Assembly (NCBI GenBank): GCA_965262725.1 | Contig: OZ253555.1 | Location: forward strand, 2,656,001-2,720,000 | Reading direction: 5' to 3' | DNA from: Dehalococcoidia bacterium | Lineage (GTDB): Bacteria; Chloroflexota; Dehalococcoidia; UBA2979 | DNA: 64,000 nucleotides | Shown: one piece after another, positions 19,599 through 27,974 of the stretch | Layout: every line of letters begins with the position of its first letter | How positions within the stretch are numbered: the first letter of the stretch is position 1 | Made by a program: the position numbers and the translations under genes | Notes under the pieces: generated by a model | Told to the model about the DNA's origin: nothing | Databases searched by the model: none | Seen by the model: only the letters and a program-made list of their open reading frames with translations

Positions 19599-19967
19599 AT
19601 GCAGGTGCTCGCGGTCGGGGTCGGCGGCGCGGTGGGCGCGCTCTTGCGCTACGCCCTCCGCGAGCTGATGCCCCCGCTCGCCGACGGGCGCATCCCGTTC
19701 GCGACCCTCGCCGCCAACGTCGCCGGCTCTTTCCTGCTCGGCTTTCTTGCCGGGGTGATGCTCCAGCGCGCGAGCGTGTCCGCCGAGATTCGTCTCGGCC
19801 TCACCGTCGGGCTGCTCGGAGCCTTCACGACGTTTTCCACCTTCTCGCTGGAGACGGTCGACCTGATGCGCGAGGGGCACTGGCCGTTCGCGATACTGAA
19901 CGTCGTGCTCTCGGTCTCGGGCGCCCTGCTCGCGCTGTGGGCGGGCCAGGAGCTCGCCCGGGGGTAG
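19599..19967 (+). CDS. crcB: Fluoride efflux channel CrcB/Fluc
   Basis: GGAVGALLRY, TLAANVAGSFLLG, GLLGAFTTFSTF. Confidence 0.95.
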   Translation: MQVLAVGVGGAVGALLRYALRELMPPLADGRIPFATLAANVAGSFLLGFLAGVMLQRASVSAEIRLGLTVGLLGAFTTFSTFSLETVDLMREGHWPFAILNVVLSVSGALLALWAGQELARG

Positions 19968-19983
19968 CTGCCGGCGACCGGCG

Positions 19984-20445
19984 CTACCCCCGGGGCTCCA
20001 CCTCCCAGCGCGTCTGCGTCCCGGGGAACGAGCCCTCGAGCCACGCGTGACCCACCTCGATGCGGAGCATGTACAGCCAGGCCCCGTCAGCAGCCGAGGG
20101 CTCCCCCGCGAGTTCGAACGGGCGGCCGGTGGTGGGGTCGATGTACTTGTCGCGAAACGCGGCCACCACGGCGTCCGGAGCGTCCGCGAGCGGGTGTCTC
20201 TCGACGACTCCCTCGACGATGGCGACATCGTCGGCGCTCTCGTGGTGCACGATCGCGTACGGCTGGTGGCGCAGGTTGTGCACCTTTTGCCCCGCCGTGC
20301 CGAACCAGAACTCGTCGCCGATGAGAACGCCCCACACCGGCATCGCGTGAGGCCGCCCGTCGGGGCGCGTCGTCGACAGCCAGTAGGACGTGGCGGCGCG
20401 AAGCCGCGAGCGCGCACGCTCCCGCATGTGATCGGCAGTCGCCAT
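19984..20445 (-). CDS. Pyridoxamine 5'-phosphate oxidase family (F420/FMN-binding) protein
   Basis: YWLSTTRPDGRPHAMPVWGV, KVHNL, IVEG, FRDKY, TRW. Confidence 0.88.
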   Translation of the reverse strand: MATADHMRERARSRLRAATSYWLSTTRPDGRPHAMPVWGVLIGDEFWFGTAGQKVHNLRHQPYAIVHHESADDVAIVEGVVERHPLADAPDAVVAAFRDKYIDPTTGRPFELAGEPSAADGAWLYMLRIEVGHAWLEGSFPGTQTRWEVEPRG

Positions 20446-20607
20446 GGCCGCTCCCCGGGCGATGCGCTGCGGTCCCGCGGGCCCCCGATCAGGTGCGGCG
20501 ATGATCACGCACCGCATCCCGAGGCTGCAAGCCCGGTCCGCCTCCGCCGCCGGCGAGGTGCCGAACCCGGCGCGCTATAGTGACCGGCAGCGCGAGAGGC
20601 GGGATCG

Positions 20608-21528
20608 ATGGCTTCCGACACGCAGGCCCCGGCGGCGAGCGGAGCCGCGCTCCGCGCGCTCCCGGTCGTCACCTACAAGTACCCGCAGCAGGGCCTGCCG
20701 CCCATCTCGTTCAGCGACTTCGAGATCGGGCCGCTGCCCGACGGCCCGTGGCAGCTTACCGTCGCTCCCTCCGACGTCGAGAGGTGGGCGCGCCTCTTCG
20801 ACGACGACCCCGCCGAGGCGCTCGCCGCCGGGACGGCACCGCCCGACATCCTCTACTACCCCGGGATGAACCTCCCCGCACCGAAGCGGGACTACGGCGG
20901 CCCGATGTCCCGCTACTGGGCCGAGTACGTCGGCCCGCTCCCCATCGGTGAACCGATCGAGCTCGCCGGAGCCGTCACCGAGAAGTTCCTGCGCCGCGGC
21001 CGTGGCGGCATGACCTTCGAGCTCGTCGCTCGCGTCGGGGGCGTGGTGGCGCAGCGCCATTGGCGGCGCTTCGCCCTGCGCCTCGCAGACGGGGAGGCCG
21101 ACGGATGGGCCGAGCGCGGATCCGATCCGCGCCCGCCGGAGCCGGCCCCGGATGCCGTGGCCTTCGGGCCGCGGCTGATGCGCTGCACGCAGGATCGGTA
21201 CGACGACTTCGAGGGGCCGGGCGAGGTGACCGGCCACACCAGCCTCGAGGCGGCGCGGGCGGGTGGGCACCCGACCACGACCGCACAGGGCGCGCTCTCG
21301 TTCGGGCTCCTGACGCGACTGATGCGCGATCGCTTCGGGGAGCGCTTCACCCAGGACGGCACCATCGACGTGCGCCTCGTGCGCCCCACCGATGAAGGGG
21401 AACTGCTCACCGCGCGCGGCTACTTTCTCGGCCACAAGGGCGGCCGCCTGCACTGTCGCATCTGGGCCGAGAACCGGGCCGGCGAGCCGGTCACGACCGG
21501 CGTCGCGAGCGTGCCGGGCGAGAGCTAG
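20608..21528 (+). CDS. Double hot-dog (MaoC-like) fold protein
   Basis: N-domain P..GEPIEL.G.VTEKFLRRGR; C-domain GHT...A...G....AQG, DVRLVRP..GE, W.EN..GE..T.G.AS; paralogue of 47284-48156. Confidence 0.75.
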   Translation: MASDTQAPAASGAALRALPVVTYKYPQQGLPPISFSDFEIGPLPDGPWQLTVAPSDVERWARLFDDDPAEALAAGTAPPDILYYPGMNLPAPKRDYGGPMSRYWAEYVGPLPIGEPIELAGAVTEKFLRRGRGGMTFELVARVGGVVAQRHWRRFALRLADGEADGWAERGSDPRPPEPAPDAVAFGPRLMRCTQDRYDDFEGPGEVTGHTSLEAARAGGHPTTTAQGALSFGLLTRLMRDRFGERFTQDGTIDVRLVRPTDEGELLTARGYFLGHKGGRLHCRIWAENRAGEPVTTGVASVPGES

Positions 21529-21591
21529 CGAGGTCACCGGGGGAGTGCGCGGGCGCGAAGCGCTCCGCGCCGGGAGCGGAAGGAGGTCCCG

Positions 21592-22491
21592 TTGCAGTGG
21601 GAACTGGTCGAGATCGCGACCTCGGACGGACTCGCGCTACCCGGCGCCTACCTGGCGCCGGCCGGCGGCGCTCGGAGCGGCGAGCGCGCCGTCGACGCCG
21701 TGGTGCTCAACCCGGGCACCGGCGGCTCCTTCTACCACCGCGTCCTGCTCGGCATCGCCGCCGCCCTCGCTGAGGCCGGCTACGGCGCTCTGGCGATGAG
21801 CACGCGCGGACACAACATCGCGTGGCGTGACGCGGCCGGCGGGCGCTACCTCGGCTCCGCCTTCGAGAGCATCGCCGACTGCGGGCTCGATTTCCGGGGC
21901 GCGTTCGACCTCCTCGCGGAGCGCGGGCATGAGCGCCTCGCCGTGCTCGGCCACTCACTCGGGGGCACCAAGGCGCTCTACCACGCCGCACACGACCCCG
22001 ACCCGCGGCTCGCCGCCGCGATCTCCTGCTCCGGGCCTCGCTGGTCCGCGTCGTTCTACGAGGCCTCCGAGCGCCGGAACGACTTCCTCCGGAACCGCAC
22101 CCGGGCGCAGTCGCTCGTCGAGGCCGGGCGAGCCGAGGAGCTGATGGAGTACGACTTCCCGATCGGGCCGAGTCTGATGCGCGCCGGCGGCTGGATGGAG
22201 AAGTACGACGGTGAGACCTACAACATCGCCACCTGGTGCGATCGCATCACGGTCCCGCTGCTCCGCGTCGAGGGCGAGCTCGAACAGGGCGTCGTGCAGC
22301 GCGGTGTCGCCGACCTCCTGATGGAGCGCGCGACCGCGAGCCCGCACCGCCGGAGCGTGGTCATCCCCGGCGGCGATCACCCCTACTCCCGGGTGCTCGA
22401 CGATGTCGCTGTGGCCGTCGTCGACTGGCTCGACAGGCTTCCGCTCCCGGAGGCCGCCGGCGCGCCATCCCGGCCGGCCCCGGCGGGCTGA
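21592..22491 (+). CDS. Alpha/beta hydrolase (DUF1749-like)
   Basis: TSDGLALPG, GHSLGGTK nucleophile elbow, IPGGDH; TTG start after AAGGAGG. Confidence 0.85.
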   Translation: MQWELVEIATSDGLALPGAYLAPAGGARSGERAVDAVVLNPGTGGSFYHRVLLGIAAALAEAGYGALAMSTRGHNIAWRDAAGGRYLGSAFESIADCGLDFRGAFDLLAERGHERLAVLGHSLGGTKALYHAAHDPDPRLAAAISCSGPRWSASFYEASERRNDFLRNRTRAQSLVEAGRAEELMEYDFPIGPSLMRAGGWMEKYDGETYNIATWCDRITVPLLRVEGELEQGVVQRGVADLLMERATASPHRRSVVIPGGDHPYSRVLDDVAVAVVDWLDRLPLPEAAGAPSRPAPAG

Positions 22492-22494
22492 GCC

Positions 22495-23292
22495 GTGCCG
22501 CTCCCGGAGTACGACCTCACCGGACGCGCCGCCCTCGTCACGGGAGCGGGCCGCGGCATCGCCGGCGGCGTCGCTCAGGTCCTCGCCGAGGCGGGCTGCG
22601 ACGTCGCGCTCAACGCGCTGACCCCCACCCATGTCACGCCGCTCGCCGCCGCCATCGCCGGGGAGTCCGGCACACGCACAGTCGCCCTCATCGGCGACAT
22701 GACCGACCCGGAGGGCGCCTCCGACGTGGTCGAGCGTGCGCTCTCGGGGCTCGGGCGCATCGACATCATGGTCTGTGGCGTCGGTGATGCGATCGCCAAG
22801 CCGCTCGTTCCACTGCCCGGCCGCCCCAGCCGACACAGCACGCCCGTCACCGACGAGGAGCTCGAGCGCACCGTCGCCCTCAACCTGACGTCGGCCCTTC
22901 TCTGCGCGCGCGCCGTCGGACCGCACATGCTGGAGCGGCGCTCGGGGAGCATCATCACCATCGGCTCGTTCGCCGGGCGCCGCGGGGGAGCGGGCACCAC
23001 CCTGTACGCGGCGGGGAAGTCGGGAACCGAGGGCTTCACGCGGGCGCTCGCGCTCGAATGGGCGCCCTACGGCGTGCGCGTGAACGGGATCGCGCCGGGG
23101 AGCTTCCCGGATGCGGTCACCTCGGGCGAGGCGGGATACCGGCGACTCGTCGAGCGCGCGGAGCAGAGCGTCCCGCTCGGCCGCGTCGGGAGGCTCCGCG
23201 AGGTCGGCCTGCTCGCGGCCTATCTGGCCTCTGACGCCGCGGCGTACATGACCGGCCAGACCATCTACCTCGACGGCGGGATGACGCTCTGA
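22495..23292 (+). CDS. SDR family oxidoreductase
   Basis: TGAGRGI, YAAGK, VRVNGIAPG, YMTGQTIYLDGG. Confidence 0.95.
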   Translation: MPLPEYDLTGRAALVTGAGRGIAGGVAQVLAEAGCDVALNALTPTHVTPLAAAIAGESGTRTVALIGDMTDPEGASDVVERALSGLGRIDIMVCGVGDAIAKPLVPLPGRPSRHSTPVTDEELERTVALNLTSALLCARAVGPHMLERRSGSIITIGSFAGRRGGAGTTLYAAGKSGTEGFTRALALEWAPYGVRVNGIAPGSFPDAVTSGEAGYRRLVERAEQSVPLGRVGRLREVGLLAAYLASDAAAYMTGQTIYLDGGMTL

Positions 23293-23332
23293 GCCGCGGC
23301 GGCGCGACCGCCCTGCCGCGCAGCCTTCCGGG

Positions 23333-24442
23333 CTAGGTGTAGACCTCGGGGCGCGTCCGCATCCCGCTCACCGCCACCAGCTGCGGAAGCAGGTGTCGGT
23401 CGGCCTCCACCTCCTGCAGGCGCGGCGCGACGTCCGCCGCGAAGCGCTCGAGGCTGCCGCGGATCCGCTCGTCGCTGTTGTGCCCGAACGCCATCCAGCA
23501 CATCAGGTTGCTGATCCCGAGCTCGGCGAAGGGCCGCAGCATCTCGAAGACCTCATCGGCGGTCCCCGCGTGCAGCCAGCCGCCCGTCATGTACTGGGTG
23601 CGGCGGCGGTCGTAGTCCTGCAGGTCGAGGTCGTCGATCCCGGAGTTGGCGCGGGCGCTCTTGCGCACGTAGGTGTCGATCACGTCGTCCATCGTCTCGC
23701 GCCAGTCCTCGCCGGGCGCGGCGACGTAGATCTGCCGCAGGACGCTCGTGTTCCGCCAGGCGAGCTCGCGCTGCTCCTCGGTGAGCGCCGCTTCGTCCAT
23801 CCCCTCGAAGAAGTGGTGGAGCCTGGCGGCGAGGATCTCCGGCTTCTGCGGACCCAGAAGCAGCGACCAGCCCCGCCGCCCGGCCATCGCGAGGCGCTCC
23901 GGCGTCGACGATGCGTACGCGATCAGGGGCCGCGGTTGCTGAACCGGCTCCGGGATGATGCGCCCGCGCACCACGACGTCCCAGTACTTCCCGTGGTGCT
24001 CGAAGCCGTTGCCGCGCGGCGTATCCCATGCGAGGTCGCAGACCTCGAGGAACTCCATCATGATCTCGTGCCGGGACTCCACGTCGACCCCGTAGCCGGC
24101 GAACTCATCGGGCGAGTTGCCGGGTCCGATCCCGACGATGACCTTTCCGTTCGTGAGCTGGTCCAGCAGGTTGCACTGTGTCACGAAGCGGATTGGATGC
24201 ATCAGCGGCACGACGTTGACGGCGAAGCCGATGTTGAGCGAGGGGTTGCGCTGGCTGATCGCCCCAGCGAGCGTCAGCGCGTCCGAGTAGGTGTTGTAGC
24301 CCGTGAAGTGGTGCTCCGTCAGCCAGACATCGGAAAAGCCGAGCTCCTCCGCACGGTCGACCTGGCCGAGCACCTCGTAGAGCACACGCCGGTCGTCATC
24401 CGGACCCGGCGTCTGCGGGTTGAGGTAGTAGCTGAAGCGCAT
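23333..24442 (-). CDS. LLM class flavin-dependent oxidoreductase
   Basis: Start ATG 24442 after GGAGG; AEELGFSDVWLTEHHF, HPIR...LLDQLTNG, PEPVQQPRP, FAADVAP. Confidence 0.93.
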   Translation of the reverse strand: MRFSYYLNPQTPGPDDDRRVLYEVLGQVDRAEELGFSDVWLTEHHFTGYNTYSDALTLAGAISQRNPSLNIGFAVNVVPLMHPIRFVTQCNLLDQLTNGKVIVGIGPGNSPDEFAGYGVDVESRHEIMMEFLEVCDLAWDTPRGNGFEHHGKYWDVVVRGRIIPEPVQQPRPLIAYASSTPERLAMAGRRGWSLLLGPQKPEILAARLHHFFEGMDEAALTEEQRELAWRNTSVLRQIYVAAPGEDWRETMDDVIDTYVRKSARANSGIDDLDLQDYDRRRTQYMTGGWLHAGTADEVFEMLRPFAELGISNLMCWMAFGHNSDERIRGSLERFAADVAPRLQEVEADRHLLPQLVAVSGMRTRPEVYT

Positions 24443-24620
24443 CGAAGCCTCCCTGAGGATGGGCGCGGCCGACATCGTGACCACGACCCGCTGCCGGGAG
24501 CCTACCGGCGCCGCCCGGCGGCGTCTAGAGATGGGTCGGCGCGCCTCGTTGCGAGGGCGCCCCGGCGGCCGTAGCCTCAGGCAGCCTGAGCATTCGGAAG
24601 CCACGGGCGAGGAGGCTGCG

Positions 24621-25490
24621 ATGACCACCGGCGGGACGCTGCGTTTGCTCCGTGGCTTCGCCCAGACGCCGCACGGCTCGATCGAGTGGCGAGGGATGGG
24701 CGAGTCCGGCCACCCCCTCGTTATGTTCCACCCCACGCCGAGCTCCGCCTACCACTTCGAGCCGCACTTCCCGCGGCTCGCCGGTCGGGCGCGCGTGATC
24801 GCGATGAGCACTCCCGGGTACGGGGACTCCGACGATCCCCCCGAGCCCTACACGTCGATCGCGGAGTTCGCTCAGACCGCGTTCTGGTTCCTCGACGCGA
24901 TGGAGCTGCAGCGGGTGGACCTCTACGGCGCCTGGACGGGCGCGCAGGTGGCGGTGGAACTCGCCGCCACGCATCCGGAACGCGTGCGGCGCATCGTCCT
25001 CGAGGAGCCGTGGGACTACGGCAACCCGGAGGGCCGCGCGCTCCACGAGACGATCCACCGCTACATCCCCGAGCAGGAGGACGGCTCGCATCTGGTCGAG
25101 CTCTGGAAGAAGTACGGCGGCGACCGGCCGGGCGTCGATCTCGAGCTCTTCTCCCGTCGCTTCATCGACTTCCTGCGCGCGAACGGCGAGGAGCCGACCT
25201 ACGGCGCGATGGGCCTCGAGGGGGCCGCTCCCTACTGCTTCACGCGCTACCCCTTCCTGGCGCGGCTTCGCGACGTGGAGGCACCGACGCTGGTCATCCA
25301 CGGCTCCGGCAGCAAGCTCATGCCCACCCACCAGGCATGCCTCGACGCCCTGCCGCACGGCGAGGGGCGGATCCTCCCCTCGGCCTGGATTTTCACTCCC
25401 AACGACGCGCCCGAGCAGTGGGCCGAGACCGTTCTCTCCTTCCTCGGCGCCGCCGACGGCGACACCCAGAGGCCGGCCGCCCGCGGATAG
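24621..25490 (+). CDS. Alpha/beta hydrolase-fold protein lacking the catalytic triad (paralogue A)
   Basis: Start after GAGGAGG; HPTP, PGYGDSD, GAWTG elbow, HPERVRRIVL, PTLVIHG. Confidence 0.85.
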   Translation: MTTGGTLRLLRGFAQTPHGSIEWRGMGESGHPLVMFHPTPSSAYHFEPHFPRLAGRARVIAMSTPGYGDSDDPPEPYTSIAEFAQTAFWFLDAMELQRVDLYGAWTGAQVAVELAATHPERVRRIVLEEPWDYGNPEGRALHETIHRYIPEQEDGSHLVELWKKYGGDRPGVDLELFSRRFIDFLRANGEEPTYGAMGLEGAAPYCFTRYPFLARLRDVEAPTLVIHGSGSKLMPTHQACLDALPHGEGRILPSAWIFTPNDAPEQWAETVLSFLGAADGDTQRPAARG

Positions 25491-25552
25491 ACGCCCGCAG
25501 GGGCCGCCGCTACGATCGCGGCGGCCGGCCCGGCCCGGATGGAGGCTTCACC

Positions 25553-26248
25553 GTGACGTTCGTCATCACGCAGCCCTGCATCGACACGATGGACCAGTCC
25601 TGCGTCGAGGTCTGTCCCGTCGACTGCATCCACTTCGACGAGGGCCCGGACCGCATGCTCTACATCAGCCCCGTCGAGTGCATCGACTGCGGCGCCTGCC
25701 AGCCCGCCTGCCCGGTCACGGCGATCTTCCCCGAGGAGGATGTCCCCGCCGATCAGGCCTTCTTCACCGAGATCAACTCGCTCTGGTTCGAGGACGCCGC
25801 AGCCGCGCGCGCGAAGGTGCCGGGCAACGGTGCCGCAGCGCCTCCGGCGGCGGCGGCCGCGGTCGCGGAGGCTGAGCCAGAGCCGACCGAGGCCGCGCCG
25901 GAGCCGGCCCCGGTGGCGGCCGCCGAGCCAGCGGCACCGGCCCCCGCCGCCGCAGCAGCCGTACCGACGGCACCGGCGGCGGCCGCGCCGGTCGTGGCGA
26001 CGCCGCCGCGGATCAGGCCGCATGCCCGCAAGCAGGACTACCAGCGCGCCTTCGCCGGATTCCACTTTCCGATCTCACGCGACGCGGTGATCCGGGGCGC
26101 CCGCGACAAGGGAGGTCTCGACCGCGAAGTCGCCGCGATCGTCGGGCGGCTACCGTCGTCCCGCTTCCGATCGCTGGAGGAGCTGCACCAGAGCGTGCGC
26201 GATGTCTACCTCGCGCTCGGCGTCGACGGCGAGCAGCTCCCGATCTAG
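25553..26248 (+). CDS. 7Fe-type ferredoxin fused through an Ala/Pro linker to a DUF2795-like domain
   Basis: GTG after GGAGG; C-x7-CVEVCPVDC and CIDCGACQPACP; C-terminal FPISRDAVIRGA...LPSSRFRSLEEL. Confidence 0.88.
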   Translation: MTFVITQPCIDTMDQSCVEVCPVDCIHFDEGPDRMLYISPVECIDCGACQPACPVTAIFPEEDVPADQAFFTEINSLWFEDAAAARAKVPGNGAAAPPAAAAAVAEAEPEPTEAAPEPAPVAAAEPAAPAPAAAAAVPTAPAAAAPVVATPPRIRPHARKQDYQRAFAGFHFPISRDAVIRGARDKGGLDREVAAIVGRLPSSRFRSLEELHQSVRDVYLALGVDGEQLPI

Positions 26249-26292
26249 TGGGGCGCGGCTACGCGCTGCCCGGAGAGGCGGCGGGAGCGCTC

Positions 26293-26994
26293 ATGGCGAC
26301 CTTCGTCCTCGTGCATGGTGCGGGCCACGGCGGATGGGCATGGCAGCGCCTCACGCCGCTGCTGCGAGCCGCCGGGCACGAGGTGCACGCCCCCACGTTG
26401 ACCGGCCTGGGCGAGCGCTCCCATCTCGCCTCCGACACCATCGACCTGGACACACACGTCACCGACCTCCTGAGCGTGCTCTTCTTCGAGGATGTGCGCG
26501 ACGCGGTGCTCGTCGGGCACAGCTATGGTGGCGTCGTCATCGCCGCCGCGGCGCACCGCGATCCCTCGCGCGTCGGGCGCCTGGTCTACCTCGACGCGCC
26601 GGTGCCGGCCGACGGCGGGCGCAGCGTCGACCTGCTGGCGCCGGAACACCGCGACGAGCGCGGACAGCGACCGCCCCCGCCGCCGGAGGAGCGCATGGCC
26701 CGCCTCGGCATCACCGACGCCGCCGACCAGGCCTGGGTCGGCGAGCGGCTGCGGCCTCAGCCCCCGGGTCCCCAGCTCCAGTCGCTCCGGCTCTCCAACC
26801 CGCAGGCTGCCGCGCTCCCGCGCACGCTCATCTTCTTCGAACGCACCCCCGAGAACTTCCCGGCCGCGCTCTACCGGCGGCGCCTCGACGCCGGCGGCGA
26901 CGACGACTACGTCGTGCTCGACGAGGGACACGACGCGATGCTGACCGCGCCGGAGCGTGTTTCCGAGCTGCTGTTGCCGCTCGCCGATAGCTAG
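26293..26994 (+). CDS. Alpha/beta hydrolase (esterase, abhydrolase_6 type)
   Basis: MATFVLVHGAGHGGWAW, TLTGLGER, GHSYGG, LVYLDA, GHDAM. Confidence 0.93.
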   Translation: MATFVLVHGAGHGGWAWQRLTPLLRAAGHEVHAPTLTGLGERSHLASDTIDLDTHVTDLLSVLFFEDVRDAVLVGHSYGGVVIAAAAHRDPSRVGRLVYLDAPVPADGGRSVDLLAPEHRDERGQRPPPPPEERMARLGITDAADQAWVGERLRPQPPGPQLQSLRLSNPQAAALPRTLIFFERTPENFPAALYRRRLDAGGDDDYVVLDEGHDAMLTAPERVSELLLPLADS

Positions 26995-27035
26995 CCCCGG
27001 CGAACCGGCCCGGGGAACGCGAGGAAGGAAGAACG

Positions 27036-27365
27036 ATGCAGGTCGTAGTCAGCCAGGCGCACGCGCTCGACGCCGGGGAGCACGCCGACGAGTACGTGCG
27101 GCTCTCCGGGGAGTTCACCGCGTTCATGCGCCGACACCCAGGATTCCTCGGCCGGCGGCTGCTGCGCTCCCTCGAGGATCCCACGCATTTCACGCATCTG
27201 CGGCTCTTCGACTCCATCGCCTCCTACGAGGAGCTCACGGAGACGCCGGGCTACCACGAGCGGATCGCGGAGATGGCGGCACACGTGCACCAGCCGGAGG
27301 GCGGTCCGCCCCGCGAATACTTCGAGGTCGCGATCGACGAGGACCCGCTTCCGCCGCCCCGGTAG
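27036..27365 (+). CDS. Antibiotic biosynthesis monooxygenase (ABM) family protein
   Basis: MRRHPGFLGRRLLRSLEDPTHF, PREYFEV; size fits a single ABM barrel domain. Confidence 0.75.
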   Translation: MQVVVSQAHALDAGEHADEYVRLSGEFTAFMRRHPGFLGRRLLRSLEDPTHFTHLRLFDSIASYEELTETPGYHERIAEMAAHVHQPEGGPPREYFEVAIDEDPLPPPR

Positions 27366-27423
27366 GACGACGCCGATGGCGCGCCCGTCGCTCCCGCGCC
27401 GTACTCGCCACGCGGGCGGTCTG

Positions 27424-27822
27424 TTAGCCGCCGCCCATGATCCGCTCCACGGCGATCTCGATCGCGATGCGTCCCTCACGCTCGCCGGGGGTGCCGAAGC
27501 GCGCGCTGTACGCCTCGACCGCGCGGGCCACGCCAGCGGGATCGCGCACGACCCGGCCGCGCCCCTCCAGCGTGAGCCACCGCCCCCCGTCGACCTGGCA
27601 GAGCACGGCCCGACCGGCGCCACCCGCCTCCTCCAGGTTCCGCGCCCTGCGGGCCCCCTCGAAGGTGATGATGCGCGCGGTCCGGCTCGCAGCGTCGTAG
27701 CCGAATCCGACAGGAGCCACGTGCAGGCTGCCGTCGGGCCGCTGCGTGCTGAGCGTTGCGACGTGCCTCTCCGCGAGGAAGGTCAGCACCGCCTCCGGCA
27801 GCCTCTCGATGTCCAGCGCCAT
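27424..27822 (-). CDS. PPOX class F420-dependent oxidoreductase
   Basis: FLAERHVATLST.RPDGSLHVAPVGF, CQVDGGRWLTLEG, Y..RF..P...RIAIEI.V; ATG 27822 after GGAGG. Confidence 0.88.
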   Translation of the reverse strand: MALDIERLPEAVLTFLAERHVATLSTQRPDGSLHVAPVGFGYDAASRTARIITFEGARRARNLEEAGGAGRAVLCQVDGGRWLTLEGRGRVVRDPAGVARAVEAYSARFGTPGEREGRIAIEIAVERIMGGG

Positions 27823-27974
27823 CAGACCCTCCATCAGTCCGTGCCGCCCGCGCCGCGCCGGCGGCGGGGCGTTCCCCGCCCCGCGGCGGCCCGGCCTCGC
27901 ACGCCGGCGTGCTCCTGCTACCATCCTCCGGGCCGGACACCGGCCCGGAAGCGGGAGCATAGGGGGCCCCTCGC

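Noticed and set aside
19590-19620. GGCGATG...CTCGC at the crcB start resembling the 5' end of a fluoride riboswitch
   Set aside because: It overlaps the coding start and lacks the downstream (G)CTRATGAC..CTAC elements; explained by codons MQVLA.
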